Source of the DNA: an uncultured Gammaproteobacteria bacterium
Lineage (GTDB): Bacteria; Patescibacteriota; Patescibacteriia; Magasanikbacterales; GWA2-37-8
DNA length: 64,000 nt
Reading direction: 5' to 3'
NCBI GenBank assembly: GCA_964511375.1
Contig: CAZEEW010000001.1
Location: forward strand, 70,512-134,511
Shown here: positions 56,057-64,000 of the stretch, piece by piece
Position numbering within the stretch: position 1 is the first letter of the stretch
How the letters are laid out: each line of letters begins with the position of its first letter
Made by a program: the position numbers and the translations under genes
The notes under the pieces: generated by a model
Told to the model about the DNA's origin: nothing
The model's input: only the letters and a program-made list of their open reading frames with translations
Databases searched by the model: none

Positions 56057-56089
56057 GGACTTCCCAATCGGGGAGTCCTTTTGACTTTT
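56057..56089 (+). terminator. Rho-independent terminator after the island D gene.
   Basis: The hairpin is GGACTTCCC-aatc-GGGGAGTCC (9 bp, with one G-U pair), followed by TTTTGACTTTT. Confidence 0.7.
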
Positions 56090-56110
56090 CACACATAATT
56101 ATGCTAAAAT

Positions 56111-56587
56111 TTGCTAAATATTATGAAAAAAACCGATAGAAAATTTGTAATAGTGTTACCGAATATTCGCAGCTGCCATAATGTAGGTGCTGTTTTTCGT
56201 ACTGCCGATGGCGCCGGGGTAGATAAAATCTATCTCACTGGCTATACGCCAGACCCATCTCACCCTAAAATGGCGAAAGTGTCGCTTGGTGCAGAAAAGT
56301 CTGTGCCCTGGGAAAAACACTATCAAACAGCCAGGGTTTTAAAGCAATTAAAGGCCGAAGGATACAAAATAGTTGCCTTGGAGAAAACTAGTAAAAGTGT
56401 TAATATGTATTCATGGAAACCAGACTTCCCCCTTGCTTTGATCGTTGGAAATGAAGTAACTGGTGTCACACCAAATATCTTGAAATACTGTGATGAAATC
56501 ATTCATTTACCAATGAATGGCATTAAAGAGAGTCTGAATGTCAGTATCGCAAGCGGTATCGCCATCTATTACATTGCTAATAACTAA
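56111..56587 (+). CDS. SpoU/TrmH-class RNA 2'-O-methyltransferase.
   Basis: It has a SPOUT fold and is 158 aa, with C-terminal IHLPMNG...ESLNVSIASGIAIY. Confidence 0.75.
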   Translation: MLNIMKKTDRKFVIVLPNIRSCHNVGAVFRTADGAGVDKIYLTGYTPDPSHPKMAKVSLGAEKSVPWEKHYQTARVLKQLKAEGYKIVALEKTSKSVNMYSWKPDFPLALIVGNEVTGVTPNILKYCDEIIHLPMNGIKESLNVSIASGIAIYYIANN

Positions 56588-56590
56588 ATT

Positions 56591-57316
56591 ATGCAATCCA
56601 CTATCTCACTTTTTCGTCACCTTTACGAAAAACTTCCTCCCTTATTTCCGGAAGAAACAAAGACCAAGATTAAACACGCCCTGGATCATTTAGAAAATGA
56701 TCCGACCGTTAGTTTAAGTGAAATTGAGGACACGATGGTGATGTTTGGTTATGAGGTGTGGCCTTGGAATCAGGCTTATCGTGAATTCTTGGCTTTAGCC
56801 GAAGGCGAAGTTGGCGAACATTTTTTACTACCCAGACTGAGCCAGGAGCTACAAACAAAATACGAAGATTATAAAGGATATGGAATGTCGCTTCGGGATT
56901 TGCATTCAGGGAATCCAGCTGAGTATTTCACGTCCGAAGAGCGAGTTGAACTCGCTACTGCCCTCGTAGATTTGCAGAATGATTTAAGAAAATATTTAGA
57001 GCACAAGATAATTAGCGAATACCAGACTAAATATTTATCTCGCGTTCAGGAATTTACTAGATTATTAGATGAGATGAGAGCCAGGATTCAAGACTTACGT
57101 AGTTTGGCAGATTCAGAACAAGATCACCCAACACTAGCTGACGAAATTCGACAGCAAATCAAAGCCTTTGAGCATGGACTATGCTTGCTCGGCCCAGAAC
57201 TACGTTATGACGCTGTTCTTGGTTCACCGGAATATTTTCATGGTCGCAAGTCCGAGCTAAACCGCATGCGAGGTATTCATGAAAGTCTGGAAATAGATTT
57301 TTATAACGAAGATTAA
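56591..57316 (+). CDS. Hypothetical protein of 241 aa.
   Basis: I recognised no domain. It is in an operon position with the SpoU gene. Confidence 0.45.
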   Translation: MQSTISLFRHLYEKLPPLFPEETKTKIKHALDHLENDPTVSLSEIEDTMVMFGYEVWPWNQAYREFLALAEGEVGEHFLLPRLSQELQTKYEDYKGYGMSLRDLHSGNPAEYFTSEERVELATALVDLQNDLRKYLEHKIISEYQTKYLSRVQEFTRLLDEMRARIQDLRSLADSEQDHPTLADEIRQQIKAFEHGLCLLGPELRYDAVLGSPEYFHGRKSELNRMRGIHESLEIDFYNED

Positions 57317-57324
57317 TAAATTTT

Positions 57325-57762
57325 ATGGAAGAGAAGAGAGTTGGGGTGGGATTTGGTGTAATGTTATTAAAAGGAAACAAGATATTATTAGGCAAACGAC
57401 ACGAAGATCCGGTAAAGGCCAGTAGCTTATTGAATGGTGCCGGGACTTGGACCATGCCAGGGGGTAAATTGAAGTTTGGGGAAACATTTGAACAAGGATC
57501 AAAAAGAGAAGTATTAGAGGAAACCGGTATTGAATTAAACAGCGCCAAAGTAATCGCCGTTAATAATGATATTGTTGATTCCGCCCACTTTGTTACTGTC
57601 GGAGTTATGTCCAATGACTTTGTTGGTGAGCCCCAAGTTTTAGAGCCAGAACAAATTACTGAGTGGGATTGGTTTGAATTAGATAATCTACCTTCACCGT
57701 TATATTTTCCGAGTGCCAAGATTTTAGAAAATTATAAAGAAAACAAGTTCTATATCCCTTAG
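57325..57762 (+). CDS. NUDIX hydrolase.
   Basis: The Nudix box is GGKLKFGETFEQGSKREVLEETGIEL. Confidence 0.7.
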   Translation: MEEKRVGVGFGVMLLKGNKILLGKRHEDPVKASSLLNGAGTWTMPGGKLKFGETFEQGSKREVLEETGIELNSAKVIAVNNDIVDSAHFVTVGVMSNDFVGEPQVLEPEQITEWDWFELDNLPSPLYFPSAKILENYKENKFYIP

Positions 57763-57772
57763 ATATTAAAAT

Positions 57773-58189
57773 ATGGAAAGCCAACGACCAAAAGTAGGAG
57801 TAGGAGTCTTTGTTTTTAAAGATGGAAAAATTCTCTTTGGCCAGAGAAAAAATACCGGGCATGGAGTCGGAACATGGAGTTTGCCCGGTGGTCACCTGGA
57901 GTTTAATGAGGAAGTAGAAAAATGCGCAGAGAGAGAGGTGATGGAGGAGGCGGGTATTAAGATAAAAAATGTGCGTCTGGGTCCCTATACTAATGATATT
58001 TTTACAAATGACAACAAGCATTACATAACATTATTTGTAATGTCGGACTACGATTCGGGCGAGGTAACTAACATGGAGCCAGAGAAACTCGAAGAATGGC
58101 GGTGGGTAGAGTGGAACGACCTGCCAGAACCTCTGTTTTCACCAATAGTTAGCTTTATGAATTCTGGTTATAGCCCGTTCATGAACTAA
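57773..58189 (+). CDS. NUDIX hydrolase, a tandem paralog of the previous gene.
   Basis: The Nudix box is GGHLEFNEEVEKCAEREVMEEAGIKI. Confidence 0.7.
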   Translation: MESQRPKVGVGVFVFKDGKILFGQRKNTGHGVGTWSLPGGHLEFNEEVEKCAEREVMEEAGIKIKNVRLGPYTNDIFTNDNKHYITLFVMSDYDSGEVTNMEPEKLEEWRWVEWNDLPEPLFSPIVSFMNSGYSPFMN

Positions 58190-58195
58190 AAAGCT

Positions 58196-58227
58196 TAAAA
58201 AACTGACCATTAAGGTCAGTTTTTTGT
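58196..58227. terminator. Bidirectional terminator between the Nudix and PfkB genes.
   Basis: The hairpin is ACTGACC-attaa-GGTCAGT, flanked by an A-tract and a T-tract. Confidence 0.7.
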
Positions 58228-58232
58228 TTCTA

Positions 58233-59216
58233 TTAAATTCTTTTTGGTCTTACGTGGTTATATCTCTTCAACATTCTTTTAATTCCGTTTTCGTCCAAAA
58301 GACCAAAATGCGGACCGTGTTTTTGAATTACCCCCGAGCTATTAGCGATACCCCACATTAAGGCGGTATACATATTCTCGCCTTTAATTCTGGCCGCCAG
58401 ATAACCAGCAGAAAAAGCATCTCCGGCACCAGTTTTGGCTATAACCTTCACCGGCAGGCTTTCCATGTGCCAACCCTCATCTTCCTCTAGTGCAAAGACA
58501 CCATTAGCACCATCGGTAATCACAACTTCTTTGGCACCAAACATCATAAGTTGGTGCATAATTGAAGTAAGATTTTTTTCTTTCTCAAGAGTAGTATTTA
58601 GGAGCATTTCCGCCTCCTCGAGGTTGAGTATAAGAATATCTGCTCTCGCCAGTGCCTCTAGTAATTTTTTGGGAGCATATTTTAATTGGAAAGAGCCAGG
58701 GTTGATCGCGAGACGAACTGTTGGGTGTTTGCTTAAGTATTTCAGTAAACCATCCTGGATTTTTTCATAGCCATCAGATAACCCAGTGTAATAAATCCAG
58801 TTACTTGGTGGGATCTCTTTTGGCCAGACATATTTTCTCTTTTGGTGGTAAGAAAGGATCGTGCGTTCACCCTGGAAGTTAATAACCGTCGAGTATCTGG
58901 TCAAGGCTTTGTCATCGATGGTAACAAGAGTTGTATCAACTCCGGCCGCGTTTAATTCTTGAGTTACAAATTCACCATTAGGGTCGTTCCCGATGCTGGC
59001 AATAATGGCAGTGTTTAAGGCTAATTCAATTGCGCCTCGAGCGACGTTGGCCGCATTACCTCCGAGCGACTGGAAACTACCTTTAATTGGCACTTTACCA
59101 GCATAGTTAAAGCAAAGTTTTTTATGATCATGAAGTATGGCACATTCAGCGCTGGATTCATCAACGATGAGGTGGGTGTCAACTAAGACGTCACCAATGG
59201 TTATTAGCTTAAACAT
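58233..59216 (-). CDS. PfkB-family carbohydrate/nucleoside kinase.
   Basis: It has the C-terminal TGAGDAFSAGYL motif, and a GG dipeptide in the N-terminal part. Confidence 0.8.
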   Translation of the reverse strand: MFKLITIGDVLVDTHLIVDESSAECAILHDHKKLCFNYAGKVPIKGSFQSLGGNAANVARGAIELALNTAIIASIGNDPNGEFVTQELNAAGVDTTLVTIDDKALTRYSTVINFQGERTILSYHQKRKYVWPKEIPPSNWIYYTGLSDGYEKIQDGLLKYLSKHPTVRLAINPGSFQLKYAPKKLLEALARADILILNLEEAEMLLNTTLEKEKNLTSIMHQLMMFGAKEVVITDGANGVFALEEDEGWHMESLPVKVIAKTGAGDAFSAGYLAARIKGENMYTALMWGIANSSGVIQKHGPHFGLLDENGIKRMLKRYNHVRPKRI

Positions 59217-59222
59217 ATCTGT

Positions 59223-59546
59223 CTAGTTAGATTTACCACTAGGATTTTTGTAGCTCTCCACGTCCTTCAGGTTGTGTCCGTGTTTGCCTAAAATAATTTC
59301 CACCATTTCAATGAAACTACCGAGAGTAAAACCAGCCATGGCAATCGAAAATACCTTGTTACCCACCCAGAGGGCGTATATAAATAAACAGGCGCCCGCC
59401 ACAACAAATACAGCGTCTTGGCGACGCTCTGTTTCCAAAAACACCCCATAAGTTAATAAAATAGCCCCAAGACCAGCAACTACGTTCATAAGGATTGTAG
59501 TTAGCGGCCAAGGTAGGGTAGAGAAAATCTCTGGTAGTGGCGGCAT
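59223..59546 (-). CDS. Small integral membrane protein (tandem paralog 1).
   Basis: It has three predicted transmembrane helices and is similar to the downstream 77-aa ORF. Confidence 0.4.
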   Translation of the reverse strand: MPPLPEIFSTLPWPLTTILMNVVAGLGAILLTYGVFLETERRQDAVFVVAGACLFIYALWVGNKVFSIAMAGFTLGSFIEMVEIILGKHGHNLKDVESYKNPSGKSN

Positions 59547-59556
59547 ATGTTTTAAG

Positions 59557-59790
59557 TTAAGAAGTAACTTTTTTATTTCGTAATTTAAATATTTCGTAGA
59601 GACTAGCGAGAGTAAAAATTATTTGCAAAGGTATGAAGATTGGATCGCGCAAGTACGAGCTGTATGCTAAGAGAAATATCCCGCCTAAAGCAAAAACAAT
59701 ATCTTGTCGTATCTCTTTTTTAACAAAAATACCGTAAGTAATGAGCAAAACTCCAATTACTCCAGAAGTTTTCGCTAAGATTTCTAGCAT
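59557..59790 (-). CDS. Small integral membrane protein (tandem paralog 2).
   Basis: It has two transmembrane helices and shares the pattern (G)VIGVLLITYGIF...RQDIVF with its neighbour. Confidence 0.4.
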   Translation of the reverse strand: MLEILAKTSGVIGVLLITYGIFVKKEIRQDIVFALGGIFLLAYSSYLRDPIFIPLQIIFTLASLYEIFKLRNKKVTS

Positions 59791-59791
59791 A

Positions 59792-60754
59792 TTAATTTTC
59801 TGTCCAACGGTTTATGTATTCAATGGCAGCAAGAGCAGCCGTAATACCTTGTCCAGCAGAAATGCCGATCTGTTTGTAAGGGATGTTGGTGACGTCACCA
59901 GCCGCAAATATTCCAGGGCAACTGGTTCGGCATTTTTGATCAACTATGATTTGGCCGTTTGCATCTTTCTCAACACAATCGGCGATGTCTGAATTCGGTG
60001 TTTGACCAATGTGGATCATAACCCCATCAAGGTTTAAGGTATTTTCCTTGCCTTGTTCATCTAAATATTTCAACCCCGTTACTTTATCTGGCCCAATTAT
60101 TTCAGCTGTTTTTACTGAGTAAAGAATCTCAATTTTTGGATTAGCTTTAATTTTATCCACTAAAATAGTTTCACCCTTAGGGAAGCCACCATTAAATTCC
60201 TTTTGGTTCGGATATTTACTTAGTACATATACCTTGCTCGCGAGTTCGCCCATCATAAGGGCAGATTCGAGAGCGGCATTACCTGAACCAATCGTTGCCG
60301 TTACCTTATTTCGGAAAAGAGGACCATCACAGACTGTACAGTAGGTAAGACCTTTGTGAAGTAATTCCTGCTCACCTGGCACCTTTAGGTGACGAGGTTT
60401 AATGCCGGTGGCAATAATTACTCCCTTAGCTTGGTAAACATCTTCCTTGCCATCAGCTTTTTTGACGTGAACGTTGTGGTGATTCATTTCTGGAACAATT
60501 TTGTAGACCCAGGTGCCTTCTTCTAAATCTACTTCTGGATAGCTCTTGGCATGTTCAATAAATTTATTAGCCAATTCATAACCCTGAATTTCAATAATAC
60601 CTGGCCAGTTGTTAACAATGCCAGATAAGGCAACTTCTCCGCCCAAACGGTCAGAGATTAGTTTAATTTTTAGTCTGCGTCTTGCCGCATACACTGCGGC
60701 AGCTGGTCCAGCCGCTGCCCCTCCGATGATAATAAGATCAAACATAACAAACAA
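59792..60754 (-). CDS. trxB: Thioredoxin-disulfide reductase.
   Basis: It has FAD motifs (GGAAAGPAAAVYAARR), the redox CTVCDG motif and an NADPH GxGxxA motif. Confidence 0.85.
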   Translation of the reverse strand: MFVMFDLIIIGGAAAGPAAAVYAARRRLKIKLISDRLGGEVALSGIVNNWPGIIEIQGYELANKFIEHAKSYPEVDLEEGTWVYKIVPEMNHHNVHVKKADGKEDVYQAKGVIIATGIKPRHLKVPGEQELLHKGLTYCTVCDGPLFRNKVTATIGSGNAALESALMMGELASKVYVLSKYPNQKEFNGGFPKGETILVDKIKANPKIEILYSVKTAEIIGPDKVTGLKYLDEQGKENTLNLDGVMIHIGQTPNSDIADCVEKDANGQIIVDQKCRTSCPGIFAAGDVTNIPYKQIGISAGQGITAALAAIEYINRWTEN

Positions 60755-60756
60755 GT

Positions 60757-61410
60757 TTACAAATTGGTTAATTGTGAATAAGCTGCTTGAATATTTTCCG
60801 CCCCCATTAAGGCACTACCAACATAGGCAATATCTACACTCCAAGAACGGATCAGATCGATATTTTCTGGCTTTACCCCACCATCAATAGCTAGAACAGG
60901 GGAGTCGGTACCAAGACTGCTTTTTAAGTCTTTAATCTTGTTGCCAACAAAATCTAAAAAGTCTCCACCTTGTTTTCCGGGGTAAACGGTCATGAATAAA
61001 ATTAAGTCAATTATACCACAGAACGGTTGGATTTTCGACCAAGCCGTGTCTGGGTTAATTGCTATTCCGACTTCATGTCCCAGTTCCCTAATTTTAGCTA
61101 TCACTTCCGCTGGGTCGTCGAGAGATTCAATGTGAAAGATTATTCTTTTTAAACCGTGGACATTTGACCAAGATTTAATCTCTTCTAGTGGGTTATTAAC
61201 CATGAGATGCAATTCTAAGCCAAAAGGTAAGTTAAGGTGGTTAACTTCCTCTCTCTCAGGAAACGACTGGTTATTTACAAAAACTCCGTCCATAATGTCT
61301 AGTTGAACATAGGACGGATTCAGTAGTTTAACTTTCTCAGTCTGTATTTTGAATTTTGAAAAACTGTCTACCAAAATGGCCGGAACAATTTGCATAGTTT
61401 TAAGCTTCAA
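60757..61410 (-). CDS. rpe: Ribulose-phosphate 3-epimerase.
   Basis: The conserved region is VQLDIMDGVFVNN. It has a TIM-barrel-like length of 217 aa. Confidence 0.75.
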   Translation of the reverse strand: MKLKTMQIVPAILVDSFSKFKIQTEKVKLLNPSYVQLDIMDGVFVNNQSFPEREEVNHLNLPFGLELHLMVNNPLEEIKSWSNVHGLKRIIFHIESLDDPAEVIAKIRELGHEVGIAINPDTAWSKIQPFCGIIDLILFMTVYPGKQGGDFLDFVGNKIKDLKSSLGTDSPVLAIDGGVKPENIDLIRSWSVDIAYVGSALMGAENIQAAYSQLTNL

Positions 61411-61846
61411 TTTGGCTAATCTTATCTAATCTTCTCTGGTATTTCGGGTCATCAGTTCTAAATTCTGTTTCTAGGAATTTTTTAGTGATTGCTGCAGCAT
61501 GATCATTAGAAATTATCCTGGCTGCTAAACATAATACATTCAAGTCATCGTCGCGTCGCCCTAGCTCAACCCCTTCAATGCTGTAACCAATACTAGCGCG
61601 GACTCCTTTAAACTTATTAGCTGCAACACACACACCGTGTCCGCTACCGCAAAGTAAAAGGCCCAGTGATCCCTTATCTTTTTGTACTGCCTCAGCAACT
61701 TTTTTAGCGTAATCTACATAATCATCATTCTCATCGTACTTATCTCCACCGAGATCAGTCACGTCTTTTTTGAGTTGGGTCTTAAGATAGGTGGTGAGAT
61801 ATTTCTTCATGTCGAAACCTCGGTGATCTGAGGCAATGTATATCAT
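61400..61846 (-). CDS. rpiB: Ribose-5-phosphate isomerase B.
   Basis: It has IYIASDHRGFDMK and CGSGHGVCVAANKFKGVRAS. Confidence 0.85.
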   Translation of the reverse strand: MIYIASDHRGFDMKKYLTTYLKTQLKKDVTDLGGDKYDENDDYVDYAKKVAEAVQKDKGSLGLLLCGSGHGVCVAANKFKGVRASIGYSIEGVELGRRDDDLNVLCLAARIISNDHAAAITKKFLETEFRTDDPKYQRRLDKISQIEA

Positions 61847-61925
61847 AGAATATGGCTTAAATACCTCTGTATTATATAGTTTTGTAAATGGTTTGGCAAA
61901 TAGAAAAGCCCTGTTTTTCAGGGCT

Positions 61926-62669
61926 CTAAATTTTTCCTATAAACACTTTCTCCAGTACGCCCGACGATATAATTTTTTGAGGTGCTCCTTCTGTCACCAC
62001 CGTGCCTTTGTCCAATACATAAGCTCGATCAACGATCTGCAGAAGGGACTTAATGTTGTGTTCAACGACCAAGATAGCAGTTTTATGCCTTAAATTTATC
62101 TCCTTTATAGTGTGAAACACCTCTTTAACTAGTTTGGGGGAAAGTCCAAGTGATGGTTCATCTAGCAACAATACCTTGGGAGCGATCATAAGACCTCTCG
62201 CCAGAGCTAACATCTGTTGTTGTCCGCCAGAAAGGGTCCCAGATTTAGATTTTAACTTTGGCTTAAGGCTAGGAAAAATTTCTATTGCTTCTTGCAGCCG
62301 GCGTTTTAGTTCCTCTTTGTTCTTTACAGCAAATCCACCCATCTCGAGATTTTCCCTTACAGTCAGGTGGGTGAAAACCCGTCGTCCCTGAGGAACAAAA
62401 GCAATACCCAGATCAGCCATTTCATAGGAAACAGGTGTGACTGATTTATCGTGCCAGAGAATTTTACCAGACTCAATCGGTGCTAGGCCGAAAATTGCTT
62501 TGAGGATCGTCGATTTGCCTGCCCCGTTAGGTCCCATCAGGGCGACAATTTCTCCTTCGTCAATTTCAATAGTGGCACCATCAAGTGCCTTTACACCTCC
62601 ATAGTGAACATGAATATCTTTAGCTTGTAAAAGCAGGTCTTTCATATTACTCACCAAGATAGGCTTCAA
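61926..62669 (-). CDS. Branched-chain amino acid ABC transporter ATP-binding protein, LivF-like.
   Basis: It has Walker A (GPNGAGKST), the signature LSGGQQQ and Walker B (LLLDEP). Confidence 0.8.
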   Translation of the reverse strand: MKPILVSNMKDLLLQAKDIHVHYGGVKALDGATIEIDEGEIVALMGPNGAGKSTILKAIFGLAPIESGKILWHDKSVTPVSYEMADLGIAFVPQGRRVFTHLTVRENLEMGGFAVKNKEELKRRLQEAIEIFPSLKPKLKSKSGTLSGGQQQMLALARGLMIAPKVLLLDEPSLGLSPKLVKEVFHTIKEINLRHKTAILVVEHNIKSLLQIVDRAYVLDKGTVVTEGAPQKIISSGVLEKVFIGKI

Positions 62670-63396
62670 TTACTTTTTTATCTTCCAAAACTTTATCTGG
62701 CTTTCCAAACGCGAGTAATGCTCCACTATCTAAAACTACTACTTCATCACAAAGTTCGCGGATAAGGTCCATACTGTGCTCAATTAGAATAATGGTTTTA
62801 CCGCTTTGTCTAAGTTCTTGCAGAATTTTGATGACAATCTTACGCATCTCGGGAAAAAGACCAGCAAAAGGTTCGTCGAATAGATATATTTCCGAATTCA
62901 TGGCTAAAGCACGTCCAATTTCTAATAGTTTCCTCTGACCATAAGAGAGGTTAACTGCAAGTTCGTGGCATTTTTCTTTAAGACTAAGTTTTTCTAAAAT
63001 TTCATGAGTTTTATCTAAGTGATACTTACTGTGTCGTTCAAATAAGGCACTAAAGATATTCCTTTCGGTTAGGACAACAAGCAAATTATCTTCCACTGTC
63101 ATTTGATTAAACAATCTTACTTCTTGGAAAGTGCGGGTAATTGAATATATCTGATTATCTATGGGGTTAATGTTCTTTTTACTAATACCGTTAATCACTA
63201 TTAACCCTGAATCGGGGTGAAATAAGCCGCTTAAAATGTTTACGAGAGTAGATTTACCTGATCCGTTTGGTCCAATTAGGCCTGTAATTTGTCCTTTTTT
63301 AAATGCTAAATCCAGGTTGTCGATGGCTCGAACACCATTAAATTTTTTAACTAAACTTTTTGTCGAGACCACTACCATACTACAATTTATATTCAC
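62647..63396 (-). CDS. Branched-chain amino acid ABC transporter ATP-binding protein, LivG-like.
   Basis: It has Walker A (GPNGSGKST), the signature LSYGQRK and Walker B (YLFDEP). Confidence 0.8.
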   Translation of the reverse strand: MNINCSMVVVSTKSLVKKFNGVRAIDNLDLAFKKGQITGLIGPNGSGKSTLVNILSGLFHPDSGLIVINGISKKNINPIDNQIYSITRTFQEVRLFNQMTVEDNLLVVLTERNIFSALFERHSKYHLDKTHEILEKLSLKEKCHELAVNLSYGQRKLLEIGRALAMNSEIYLFDEPFAGLFPEMRKIVIKILQELRQSGKTIILIEHSMDLIRELCDEVVVLDSGALLAFGKPDKVLEDKKVIEAYLGE

Positions 63397-64000
63397 CCAT
63401 TATACCTTGAGGACGGAAGAGCATGAGTAAAATTAAGATTACCCCATAAATTACCTGTCGCATTTGTGCCGCGATATCATTCGGTAGACCAAGGAAACGT
63501 AGTGCTTCAGGCAACAGCACTAAAATTAAAGCACCAACAATCGAGCCTCTTAGGTTGGCAAGCCCGCCAAGGATTATAATGGCAAGGATAAAAATAGATT
63601 CATCGATTGTAAAGGTAGAAGGGTCAATGAAAGTAATGTAGCTTGCGATTAATGAGCCTGCAATCGAGGCGAACATTGCTCCGATTACAAAGATTGCCAG
63701 CTTATAAACACTAACGTTATACCCAAATATTTTGATCGCCCCCTCATCTTCTCGAATGGCCTTTAGGACTCTTCCAAAAGAAGAATGAATCAAAGAACGA
63801 GATAAATAATACACGATAATAAGAAGGACTAATGCTAAGATAAGAAACATCCAGTTTTCAGTAAAATTTAAACCCAATATATTTGGTCGGTAAATGCCTG
63901 GAATACCAAGTGGCCCGCGGGTTAATTCTTGCCAGTTTAACATAATACTGTAGACGATGATGTTAAAACCCAAGGAGGCGAGTGCGTAGTAGTCTTCTTT
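63380..64000 (-). CDS. ABC transporter permease, LivM-like. This is 3' in window coordinates; the N-terminus lies beyond the window end.
   Basis: It is a polytopic membrane protein that overlaps the downstream ATPase. The ORF is open to the window edge. Confidence 0.6.
   Translation of the reverse strand, partial: KEDYYALASLGFNIIVYSIMLNWQELTRGPLGIPGIYRPNILGLNFTENWMFLILALVLLIIVYYLSRSLIHSSFGRVLKAIREDEGAIKIFGYNVSVYKLAIFVIGAMFASIAGSLIASYITFIDPSTFTIDESIFILAIIILGGLANLRGSIVGALILVLLPEALRFLGLPNDIAAQMRQVIYGVILILLMLFRPQGIMGEYKL

Noticed and set aside
55297-56067. A 256-aa minus-strand ORF and several plus-strand ORFs overlapping the island D lipoprotein gene.
   Set aside because: They have the same GC-composition artifact. 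Only 55399-55932 has an SD, a signal peptide with lipobox, and a downstream terminator in the right orientation.
1-64000. CRISPR arrays, integrases, transposases and IS elements.
   Set aside because: I saw no regularly spaced direct repeats. No ORF showed DDE, Tyr-recombinase or Ser-recombinase signatures. The GC-rich islands therefore lack any recognisable mobility gene.

Overview
This is an AT-rich bacterial chromosomal segment, roughly 38-42% GC judged by eye. Its gene content resembles a small-genome Patescibacteria/CPR-like organism: weak Shine-Dalgarno usage, a type IV pilus assembly operon, giant secreted surface proteins and many nucleotide-salvage enzymes.

The conserved core is syntenic and mostly unremarkable:
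- polA (5' partial), holA and rpsT
- a GGDEF diguanylate cyclase, rmuC, a YhhQ-type queuosine-precursor transporter and two TrmB-like regulators
- ychF, then pilB-pilC-pilM-pilN-pilO
- sodA, recA, a RodZ-like protein and ftsK
- rpoB-rpoC, yebC-ruvC and a SpoU methyltransferase
- three Nudix hydrolases, a PfkB kinase, trxB, rpe, rpiB and a Liv-type ABC transporter (3' partial)
- three tRNAs (Arg-CCT, Ala-CGC, Ala-GGC)

The most unusual signal is four short micro-islands of about 0.35-1.85 kb at roughly 30.95-31.29, 32.75-34.60, 51.74-52.09 and 55.33-56.09 kb. Their GC content is about 60-70%. Each sits precisely in an intergenic gap and carries a complete strong-SD (GGAGG-type) coding unit with third-position GC-rich codon usage. 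Two of them end in GC-rich hairpin terminators. None is linked to an integrase or transposase. Islands A and B open with the same 11-mer and a short MLAR upstream ORF whose stop overlaps the next start codon as ATGA. Island B is bracketed by a 10-bp direct repeat. None of the five island proteins resembles anything I recognise.

Other notable items:
- a 24-bp palindrome present twice, bracketing yhhQ
- a four-gene surface-protein cluster (14.3-22.5 kb) with MopE-like Cys/Asp repeats, FN3, CarboxypepD_reg and Hep_Hag-like repeats
- a Memo-like/CapA fusion
- a standalone C39-like peptidase
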